Source: Elusimicrobia bacterium GWC2_61_19 (lineage in GTDB: Bacteria > Elusimicrobiota > Elusimicrobia > Elusimicrobiales > UBA9959). Taken from it: a stretch of 64,000 bases of DNA. The notes under the pieces are model-generated. The model saw nothing but the letters and a program-made list of their open reading frames with translations. It was not told where the DNA came from and made no database searches. Positions 1 through 7,634 of the stretch are shown here, piece after piece; position 1 is the first letter of the stretch; each line of letters begins with the position of its first letter. A program made the translations under genes and the position numbers. Location: the NCBI GenBank assembly GCA_001799795.1, contig MGUD01000025.1, positions 75,414 to 139,413 of the forward strand, written 5' to 3'.

Positions 1-172
1 TTACGAGGTTTCCTTTCTGGGCTCGGGCCCCGGGATAACCGAAAAATTCAAAGGGGCGGAGGTCAACTATAACGACACCGCCACAATGGTGATCAAGAAA
101 GACGGTTCGGTCACGTTCTCCGGCTGGAAGAACAATGAGGTGCCGCTGGCGGAGAGCAGGGACAGCCGGTAA
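1..172 (+). CDS. 3' end of a CDS truncated by the window edge (…YEVSFLGSGPG…AESRDSR*), function unknown
   Basis: Open frame from position 2 to TAA at 170-172 with GC-rich codon usage. Confidence 0.6.
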   Translation, partial: YEVSFLGSGPGITEKFKGAEVNYNDTATMVIKKDGSVTFSGWKNNEVPLAESRDSR

Positions 173-197
173 ACTATGCGGCAGCGGTGTGCGGCCC

Positions 198-226
198 TTG
201 ACAAGTCAACATTTGTCTGGTATAAC
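198..226 (+). promoter_or_regulatory. Sigma70 promoter of the Gly-rich membrane protein cluster
   Basis: TTGACA (198-203), 17-bp spacer, TGG-TATAAC (221-226, extended -10). Confidence 0.8.
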
Positions 227-325
227 ATACCGCAGTAATTAACTTTGCCTTGAACGCCCGCCGGGCTGTGTCAAGGAAAGTTCAGATTCGTTTATACAGG
301 CCGGCGGCGGGACAAGGGCGGCGTT

Positions 326-1264
326 ATGATAAAAATACAGGGCAGAAAATCCAAAAACACTCAGTACGCGGTCGGCGGGACCGTGGCGGTGATCATACTC
401 GGGCTGTGGATAGCCATGCCTCTGATGAACAACTCCTCCCTGGACTCCTCCGTTTCGGCCGGCAATCCCTTCAGATCAAGGGTGGCGGATATCTCCTCGC
501 TCGGCAGCGACATACCCTCAGAGGGCGGCGCGCCCGGCTCCCCCCTTAGCGGGGAGATGATAAACAACCCCGCTACCTCCGGCGAAGACATGGCTTCCTC
601 GCTCTTTCAGTCCGGCCTGGAAGGCGAAGAGGCCGCCCCGGCGGAAGTTACCGCCGACGCCTCGGCCTCCGCGCCCCCGCCCTCCGCTTCGGGTTTCCCA
701 AGCGCGCCGGCGCCCTCCGGCGGCGGGTCCAAGCTTAATGCCGTGGCCTCCATCACCGGCGGCAACTCCAATTCAATGACGGCCGGCGGGACGCATAATA
801 AATTTTTCGGTTCGGGGGGGCAGAAAGCGGAATTTGCCCCGGCGGCCGGAGCGGACCTGAAGAAAATGGCCGCCGCTGATAAGAAACCAGGCCTGCTGGC
901 CATGCTGGGCAATACCGCGGATAAAAGCCAGCTGGCGGTAAAGACCGGCAATATGGACGTGGCCAAAGGCGGCGCCGCCGCGGCTTTCACCAATACGGCC
1001 AAGACCGGCCCCTCCGATCTCAACGATAAGATGGAGAACCAGTCGGCGATGTCCGGCCTACAGTTGGGGCAGACCGCCCAGGACCTGAAAAAGAGCGACC
1101 CCAACATCAGCAAGCATAAGGTCGCCATGCCCGAACCCAAGCCGGTGAAGGACGAGAAGGCCGATGAAGAGATGAAGAAGATGCTTTTACAGATGATCAT
1201 ACAGAACGTGCTGGGCCCGATGTTCAATACCATGGCTACCGGCATGTTCCCTCCTGCGGAGTAA
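326..1264 (+). CDS. Hypothetical Gly/Ser/Ala-rich membrane-anchored protein (cluster gene 1)
   Basis: Basic N-terminus, one TM (VGGTVAVIILGLWIAMPLM), low-complexity body, C-terminal amphipathic helix; motifs shared with genes 2-6. Confidence 0.85.
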   Translation: MIKIQGRKSKNTQYAVGGTVAVIILGLWIAMPLMNNSSLDSSVSAGNPFRSRVADISSLGSDIPSEGGAPGSPLSGEMINNPATSGEDMASSLFQSGLEGEEAAPAEVTADASASAPPPSASGFPSAPAPSGGGSKLNAVASITGGNSNSMTAGGTHNKFFGSGGQKAEFAPAAGADLKKMAAADKKPGLLAMLGNTADKSQLAVKTGNMDVAKGGAAAAFTNTAKTGPSDLNDKMENQSAMSGLQLGQTAQDLKKSDPNISKHKVAMPEPKPVKDEKADEEMKKMLLQMIIQNVLGPMFNTMATGMFPPAE

Positions 1265-1295
1265 CGGTAAAGTTGCGGGAATGCGGAGAATCATT

Positions 1296-2786
1296 ATGAA
1301 CACTCATAACGGCGGCAAAGAAGAAGAAAAGAAAGGCGGGTTCGGTTCCGCGCTCTCGGCCCTTTTCAGGGGCGGCACCTCCGCGGCGGGCGGGGCCTCC
1401 GGCGCCGGGTCTACCGGCGGGCTGGCCGGGCTTTTCGCCGGTAAGGCCGGGCTGGCCGGCATGCTGCTGGGCGGCGCCACTATAGCGGCCGGGGTGGGCG
1501 TGGTTTACAATTTCATGAGCCCCTCCGATAAGCCTGTTTATAGCCAGGAACTCTTCCAGAACAGCTACTACGAGGAAGAATCGGCCAAGGCCGGCCTGGA
1601 GCGGACGCAGGCGCGCAACGCCGGTGTGGCTTCCAGCATAGACGTTTTCAGGGAACAGGCCAAGAAGGACGGGCTAGGCGGTCTGGCGGCGGAAGCCGTA
1701 GACGGCGAGGCGCCCGACGCGGCGGCTGAAGCCGGCGCGGGAACGCCCGGCGCGGACTCCGCGGCCGAGGCGCCCGGCGCGGCCGGCAGCGAGGCCGGGG
1801 CCAGCGGCGCGCCCAGGATGGTGGCTTCATCTGGCTTTGCAGGTAAGGGCGGCGGCGGCAGCGGCTCCTCCATGCCCCGCATGCAGGGCGGCGGCGGCAT
1901 GTCCGGAGGTATAGGCGGCCAGTTCACTTCGGTTTACCGGCCCCCGGCGCAGGCCAACGGCGGCAAAACGTCCGGTATGACGGCCGCGGCCGCCCGTATA
2001 AAAAATTCACCTAAATCGGTTGTCCCCAGTTTCAATAAGAAAGGCGCTTTCGGCCAGGCTAAATACGCCGGCAGGATGGGCGCCAAGGCGGCTTATTCCG
2101 CGGACGGCTCAGGCGCGCGCAGCACGGCGGCCGAGGCCTTCTCCGGGGAAACCAGCGGTTCCGGGGATGTGGCCGGGGCCGGCGGCGCGGGGCTGGGCGG
2201 GGCCGGGGTTTCCAACGGCGCCAACCTTAAAGGCAACGACCCCAATATGAATTCCAATCAGTCCACTCCGCCCAAAGTTCCGGCGCCGGAGAACGTTTCT
2301 CCCTGGAAGAAGACCCTGGATATGATCATGTACGCCATGCTTATCTCCGCGGCTCTTACTATGGTGGCCAATTGGATGGCAGGTACCGTCTGGGGCGTGG
2401 CTTACGCGCAGTATGTGGCCATGGCCGCCATGTTGGCGGCCGCGGTGGTTCTTTACGGGGCCTTTAAAATGCTGAGCACGTACGGCCAGAAATGGACGGG
2501 CGCCATGTACGGTATCCTGGGTGCGGTACTCATGATCATGGCGAACAGGGCGCGGGTAGGCGCGGCTGAAAAAGCCGATGTGGCGGCTAAAGAGGCCACG
2601 GTAAATTCGCAAGAGGCAGGTATCGTAGAATCCGAACTTGCCCCGCAGGGAGAAGTCGCCGCTCAGGGAGAAGCCGTCGCTCAGGGAGAAGCCGCCGCTC
2701 AGGGAGAGGTAACGGTTACGGAGATCCCTCCTGAGGGTACGACTTACGCCGGCGACCCTGCCGGAATACCCCCTAACCAGACCTGA
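1296..2786 (+). CDS. Hypothetical Gly-rich membrane protein (cluster gene 2)
   Basis: GGAG RBS before ATG 1296; N-terminal TM, Gly-rich linker, PENVSPWK then about 3 hydrophobic helices; close paralog of gene 3. Confidence 0.85.
   Translation: MNTHNGGKEEEKKGGFGSALSALFRGGTSAAGGASGAGSTGGLAGLFAGKAGLAGMLLGGATIAAGVGVVYNFMSPSDKPVYSQELFQNSYYEEESAKAGLERTQARNAGVASSIDVFREQAKKDGLGGLAAEAVDGEAPDAAAEAGAGTPGADSAAEAPGAAGSEAGASGAPRMVASSGFAGKGGGGSGSSMPRMQGGGGMSGGIGGQFTSVYRPPAQANGGKTSGMTAAAARIKNSPKSVVPSFNKKGAFGQAKYAGRMGAKAAYSADGSGARSTAAEAFSGETSGSGDVAGAGGAGLGGAGVSNGANLKGNDPNMNSNQSTPPKVPAPENVSPWKKTLDMIMYAMLISAALTMVANWMAGTVWGVAYAQYVAMAAMLAAAVVLYGAFKMLSTYGQKWTGAMYGILGAVLMIMANRARVGAAEKADVAAKEATVNSQEAGIVESELAPQGEVAAQGEAVAQGEAAAQGEVTVTEIPPEGTTYAGDPAGIPPNQT
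2646..2708 (+). repeat. 18-bp in-frame tandem repeat (CAGGGAGAAGYCGYCGCT x3.5; QGEVAA/QGEAVA/QGEAAA)
   Basis: Directly visible units at 2646, 2664, 2682, 2700. Confidence 0.9.
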
Positions 2787-2802
2787 TTTTTGAGGTGTTA
2801 TT

Positions 2803-4176
2803 ATGAACGACTCTAAAAAAGATAATGAGAAGAAGGGCGGTTTCGGGGCTATGCCCACTATCACCGGGACGCCGACCATCGTCGGCGGTTCGGCCCCGGG
2901 CATAAGTTCCGCCGCCGGCACTTTCTTCGCCGGCAAGGCGGGCTTAGTGGCCCTGGTGCTGGGCAGCGCCACCGTGGCGGCGGGAGTGGGCGTTCTTTAT
3001 AATTTCATCGGTCCCTCGTCAAAACCCGCCTATTCCCCGGAATTGTTCCAGAACAGTTACTATGAGGAAGAAGCTTCCAAGGCCGGTCAGGAGAGGGCCA
3101 GCAGCCGCGACACCGCGGCCGCAGAGCCCTCCACGCTGGATCTCTTCAGGGAGCAGGCAAAAAAAGACGGGCTTGGCGGGCTCGGCGGTGAAGCCGCGGA
3201 TGGCGCCGCCTCCGGCGCGTCGGCTGAAGCGCCGGCTGAAGCTCCTTCAGCCGACAGCGCGGCGCCTGCGGCACCTCCCGCGGATATGCCGGCCCCCGGC
3301 GCCTCCAAACTTCGGGCTGCCGCTGGTTTCGGAGCCAAGGGCGGTGGAGGCGGCAGCGGCTCCTCCATGCCCCGTATGCAGGGCGGCGGTCTTTCAGGCG
3401 GCATAGGCAGCCAGTTCGACGCTATTTATAAGGCACCGGCGCAGGCGAATGCCGGCAAAACTTCCGGGATGACGGCCTCGGCCGCCCGCGTGAAAAATTC
3501 TCCGAAATACGCCGTGCCAAGTTTTAACAAGAAAGGCGCTTTCGGTCAGGCCAAATACGCCGGCAAACTGGGCTCTAAGGCCATTGGTTCCGGCGCCGAG
3601 GCTTCGCACGCCTACGCTACCGAGGCGATGGGCGGCGGCAGCGCCGGTTCGGGCGAGGTCGCCACCGGCGGCAGCGGCGCCGGCATCGGCGGCGCCGGCG
3701 TTTCGGACGGGGCCAAGCTTAAGGGCAGCGACCCCAGTCTTAACAGCAATAATTCCACTCCGCCTAAAGTGCCGAAGCCGGAGAACGTATCACCCTGGAA
3801 AAAATACCTGGACATGGCGATGTACGGCATGCTGGCCGCCGCGGCCCTTATAATGGCCGCCAATTGGGCGGCTAAGTCATACCCCGTAATAGCGCAGATC
3901 CTAGCCAGCCTGGCCATGATAGCGGCGGCGGTGGTGATGTACGCGGCTTACAAGATCATGAGCGAGTTCGGGCAGAAATGGACCGGTATGATGTACATGG
4001 TCGTCGGCGGCGCGCTGCTGATCATGGCCAACAAGGCCCGTGTGGGCGCGGCGGAACCGGCTACGGAAAAAGCGGCTACGGCGGCCGGAACCAATTCCAG
4101 CTGGTTCGCTCAAATATTCCAGTCCCTGATGGGACAGGCCAGTGCCAAGGACAAGAAAGACAGCAAGGAAGACTAG
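2803..4176 (+). CDS. Hypothetical Gly-rich membrane protein (cluster gene 3)
   Basis: GAGG RBS; shares ELFQNSYYEEE, FREQAKKDG, FNKKGAFGQAKY and PENVSPWKK with gene 2. Confidence 0.85.
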   Translation: MNDSKKDNEKKGGFGAMPTITGTPTIVGGSAPGISSAAGTFFAGKAGLVALVLGSATVAAGVGVLYNFIGPSSKPAYSPELFQNSYYEEEASKAGQERASSRDTAAAEPSTLDLFREQAKKDGLGGLGGEAADGAASGASAEAPAEAPSADSAAPAAPPADMPAPGASKLRAAAGFGAKGGGGGSGSSMPRMQGGGLSGGIGSQFDAIYKAPAQANAGKTSGMTASAARVKNSPKYAVPSFNKKGAFGQAKYAGKLGSKAIGSGAEASHAYATEAMGGGSAGSGEVATGGSGAGIGGAGVSDGAKLKGSDPSLNSNNSTPPKVPKPENVSPWKKYLDMAMYGMLAAAALIMAANWAAKSYPVIAQILASLAMIAAAVVMYAAYKIMSEFGQKWTGMMYMVVGGALLIMANKARVGAAEPATEKAATAAGTNSSWFAQIFQSLMGQASAKDKKDSKED

Positions 4177-4197
4177 TATCTGCGGTTAGGAGGCGTT

Positions 4198-5637
4198 ATG
4201 AACGACAATCTGCCCGATATAAACTTTAAGGAAAAGAAAGAGAAGAAACGCGGCGCGCTGGGCTGGCTGCGCAGCAAGCTGGGCATTGGCTCGCGCGGCG
4301 CCATGGGAGAAGCGGGCATTAACCCCGCCGCCATGAACGTGGGTAAGGCACTGGGCGGGGCCAAGTTCGGTTCTTCTTCAGCCGGGCTTGCCGGGCTGCT
4401 CGCCGGTAAGGCCGGGATCATAGCCACGGTGGCCGTGATGGCGGTGGGTACCGGCGTCTACCTGGCGAACAAGGAAGCTCCCATGGTAAGCAGCAGCGCT
4501 TTCAGTTCCGGCAAGGTCGCCGACAACTATGTGCCCGCCATACTGAGAAGCCAGGCCGCTAACCAGGGGTCCTCGCTGGACATGTTCAAGGATACCAACA
4601 AGGGCGCCGGTTTAAAGATGGAAGCGGACCCGGCTAAAGCCGCCGGTAAACAGGCTGAGGGGACTCCTGCCCCGGAAGAAGCCGCCGCACAGAACGCGGA
4701 ACAGCCCGCCCCGGAACAGGGAAATATGGCCCAGGAAATGATGGGCAAGCTGCAGGGCGGCGGGATAGGGTCGCTGACCAGCTCCATGGGCGGCGGGTCC
4801 AATAAGTTCTCCGGCATGGGGGGCTTCGGCAATAAGTTCAACCAGGGGGCTACGGGGGCCAAATCCGGTTTCAGTTCCGGTATCGGGGCCGGTTTCCAGG
4901 GGATGCCCAAGTTCGACGCGCGCAAGGCTAAAATGACGGCGATGAAGGCTTCCGCGCGGCCCGTCTTCTCGTCGAGCAAGGCCGGCAAAAAATCCAAGTT
5001 CGGCACAGGTTCCTACGGTCAGGCCAAGGGGCTGCGCGCGACGCAGAAATCCTACTCCGGGACCAATATCGACTCCGCCCGTTCCACCCAGGATGCGGCG
5101 TGGACAGGTTCTACCGCGGAGGGGGATGCCGCGGGCGGCGGCGCCGGAGTAAGCGAAGGGGGCGCCGGCATAATGTCTTCGCCCTCTCTGGACAACGGCG
5201 GCGCCACCGGCGGCGCGGGCAATCCTAACGATCCGGCCGTAGCGCCTGTCTCCGGGCCGGAAGACGTAAGCCCCTGGAAAGGTAAGCCGGAGATGGCGCT
5301 TTCGCTGATAACGGTATCGCTCATTTTGTCGGCTATCGCCAGCTACCTGATCTCCATAGGTAAGGGCCCGTTATTCTTCCTGGCGGTTATAGGCTATATT
5401 CTTGCCGCCATCGCCCTGGTCATGGCGCTGCAGGCCATGAAGATCGGCATGGAGCTGATGAGCAGTCACGGGCAGAAAGCCATGGGGATGCTGTACATGG
5501 CCGGCGGGGGATGTGCCGTAGGCGCGGCCATACTGGCCTTCGCAGGCAGCGTGGCGAACAACGCCATGCAGCTGGCGTTCTCGCTCATGGCGGCGGCCGC
5601 GGTGCTGATCGGCAGTATGCTGGGCGGAGGAGAGTAA
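4198..5637 (+). CDS. Hypothetical Gly-rich membrane protein (cluster gene 4)
   Basis: GGAGG RBS; AGKAG+TM, SSLDMFK, YGQAK, PEDVSPWK, about 4 C-terminal hydrophobic helices. Confidence 0.85.
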   Translation: MNDNLPDINFKEKKEKKRGALGWLRSKLGIGSRGAMGEAGINPAAMNVGKALGGAKFGSSSAGLAGLLAGKAGIIATVAVMAVGTGVYLANKEAPMVSSSAFSSGKVADNYVPAILRSQAANQGSSLDMFKDTNKGAGLKMEADPAKAAGKQAEGTPAPEEAAAQNAEQPAPEQGNMAQEMMGKLQGGGIGSLTSSMGGGSNKFSGMGGFGNKFNQGATGAKSGFSSGIGAGFQGMPKFDARKAKMTAMKASARPVFSSSKAGKKSKFGTGSYGQAKGLRATQKSYSGTNIDSARSTQDAAWTGSTAEGDAAGGGAGVSEGGAGIMSSPSLDNGGATGGAGNPNDPAVAPVSGPEDVSPWKGKPEMALSLITVSLILSAIASYLISIGKGPLFFLAVIGYILAAIALVMALQAMKIGMELMSSHGQKAMGMLYMAGGGCAVGAAILAFAGSVANNAMQLAFSLMAAAAVLIGSMLGGGE

Positions 5638-5661
5638 CTCCTGGCGTTCGGTTTTGCCGTT

Positions 5662-5686
5662 GCCGCCGGGTTTTATCCCCGGCGGC
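5662..5686 (+). other. GC-rich stem-loop between cluster genes 4 and 5 (possible mRNA stability or attenuation element)
   Basis: GCCGCCGGG-loop-CCCGGCGGC with no strong U-tail. Confidence 0.5.
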
Positions 5687-5778
5687 TTCGGACGTAGTAA
5701 GGTGATTTTATTCGGGGCATAAATAGGTGGATATTTTAGCGGTCGCACCCACAGGCGTTGTCGCCGGGGGGAGGCTAT

Positions 5779-7299
5779 ATGGGCAGCAAGTTCGTAGAAA
5801 AACATAAACGGAAATCGGTCCTCGCCGCCCTGCTCTTTATCTTCCAGGGCAGGACCAAGTATATCGGCATAATGCTCATCGTCACCATCCTGTCGGTGCC
5901 TTTTGTGATCTCCGGGGAAACCCTTGGCAGCATAATAGAACTGCGCCCGGTGGCGGCTTTCCTGCGCTCCATAGGCATGGGCAGCGTGGTTTCCGCCATA
6001 AACCCCAAGTATTCCAACGACCTGCTCAAGGCGGCTTTGGATAAGGCCGTGGATGACAGCGAGAATAATTCTTTCTGGAATAAGTTCCTCAAGAGCATTA
6101 ACGCCACCATGCCGCCCGCCGGCTCGCCCTCTTCCATGACCCTGCTGCGCGGCGGCAAGGATATTTACGGTCTGCCGGAAATAAAGGAACCTAAAGGCGC
6201 CAAGCCGGGACCAGGCCAGATAAAAGGCGCGGTGAACGCCGAAGAGCGCGAGAGGGGGGAGACCGGAGATGAAGTCGATCTGGAGTCCCTGCTGGCCTCC
6301 GGGACGGGAGGTGAGGGCGGGGGGCTTTATGGCGATGTGATGGGCCAGAACCTGGCGGGCCGTTTCGAGGGAGGCGCCGCAGCCGACAATGCGCCGTACA
6401 TCAACCGCACGGCTTTCGGCGGCAGCGCGGTCGCGGCGCGTTCTTCCGGCATGTATAACAACGTCATGGGCCAGGCGGGCAGCAAGGTGCCTGTGCCGGG
6501 CGCGGCGCAGAAGGTCAATACCAACAGGAAGATGGGCCGGGTGTCCGGGTTCACCTGGAAGAACGTGGGTTACAAAACCAAGAGCAACAATCTCAATATG
6601 AAGATCGGGGATAAAAAACCGATGTTCCAGCTTGCCCAAACCTTTGCCATGACGTCTTCGGCCTATAAATCCAAAGAATCGGCTTATGAGTATCAGCACG
6701 CTTATACGGGGGCGACCTACGACGGCAATAACGTGAACGCTGACGTGATAGATACGGGCGACGCCGGGGTAGTGATGCCGGATGTGGGGTTTATGGGCGG
6801 CCTTATCGACGCTACCGTAGGGGTGCAGCAGGCCGCCATGGATTGCGCCAAAGCCCAGGGCGACCAGGGAGCCAAGATGTCTGATGCGGGTAAAAAATTG
6901 GCTGATATAGCGAAAACGCTGGGTAAAAAACCGAAATGCTGCAATCATGGCGCCGTAGATTCCTGGAACGACAAACAGCGCCGGCTCGTGGAGCAATGCG
7001 CTATTTTTAATGCCAACGAAGCCATACTGTCGAAGAAATGCCAGACTATCAGTAGTCCGATGAGTTGCAGCATTTACAGCAACGAGATGGTCAGCAAGTG
7101 TTCCAAATGGAAATGCTGGTTAGCCATCCTGTTTATGATATTCCTGTTCGTGTCCGGCGGCATAATAGGTGTTATGATCGCGGCCATGCTGGCGGGTGTG
7201 GTTTCCTTCGATTTTAAAAATCTCGGCGGCAAGGTCGACGCCATGATAAGCTGGGTGGCCAGCGGCGGGGATGACAGCCAGAAAGGCGAAGGCGAATAG
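5779..7299 (+). CDS. Hypothetical membrane protein with Cys-rich C-terminal domain (cluster gene 5)
   Basis: GGAGG RBS before ATG 5779; N-terminal hydrophobic segments, Gly-rich middle, 8 Cys, then a TM hairpin. Confidence 0.85.
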   Translation: MGSKFVEKHKRKSVLAALLFIFQGRTKYIGIMLIVTILSVPFVISGETLGSIIELRPVAAFLRSIGMGSVVSAINPKYSNDLLKAALDKAVDDSENNSFWNKFLKSINATMPPAGSPSSMTLLRGGKDIYGLPEIKEPKGAKPGPGQIKGAVNAEERERGETGDEVDLESLLASGTGGEGGGLYGDVMGQNLAGRFEGGAAADNAPYINRTAFGGSAVAARSSGMYNNVMGQAGSKVPVPGAAQKVNTNRKMGRVSGFTWKNVGYKTKSNNLNMKIGDKKPMFQLAQTFAMTSSAYKSKESAYEYQHAYTGATYDGNNVNADVIDTGDAGVVMPDVGFMGGLIDATVGVQQAAMDCAKAQGDQGAKMSDAGKKLADIAKTLGKKPKCCNHGAVDSWNDKQRRLVEQCAIFNANEAILSKKCQTISSPMSCSIYSNEMVSKCSKWKCWLAILFMIFLFVSGGIIGVMIAAMLAGVVSFDFKNLGGKVDAMISWVASGGDDSQKGEGE

Positions 7300-7321
7300 C
7301 GGGAGTTCCGCGGTTTTTCTT

Positions 7322-7459
7322 AAGCCCGCGGTTAAAGCCTGTCGGAGGAAAGTTCAGGTGCACTATTGCTTCATCGGGGCGGCGGCTATCCGGCGGTGTG
7401 CCTGTTGAGCTTTCCTCCTGGGGCGCCCAGTAAGGCGTTCCGGCTTTACCGGCGGGTTT
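7322..7459 (+). ncRNA. Putative structured RNA (~140-nt rod-like hairpin) between cluster genes 5 and 6
   Basis: Nested pairings 7322-29/7452-59, 7333-39/7442-48, 7344-55/7407-18 and 7356-63/7396-7403, with G-U pairs that work only on the + strand. Confidence 0.4.
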
Positions 7460-7522
7460 TCTTATGCGGTTTTACGACGTGGTAGTGGTTTAGGCCAAAG
7501 GGCCTAGCAAGTCAGGGGCCGA

Positions 7523-7563
7523 TTGACACTTGGCCCGCGCGCCGATATTAGGTAAATTATAAT
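7523..7563 (+). promoter_or_regulatory. Putative sigma70 promoter for cluster gene 6
   Basis: TTGACA at 7523-28, 17 bp to TATTAG; a second TATAAT at 7558-63. Confidence 0.5.
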
Positions 7564-7634
7564 TGAGCTACTGTATCAACGCGGTTTTGGTCTATTGGCG
7601 ACGGTTAATTTAAATTGAAGGTCCGGAGGCGGTT

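Noticed and set aside
7344-7360. GAGGAAAGT resembles the RNase P RNA 5' signature
   Set aside because: Continues TTCAG rather than CC, pairs locally in a hairpin, and no matching 3' P4 motif is seen
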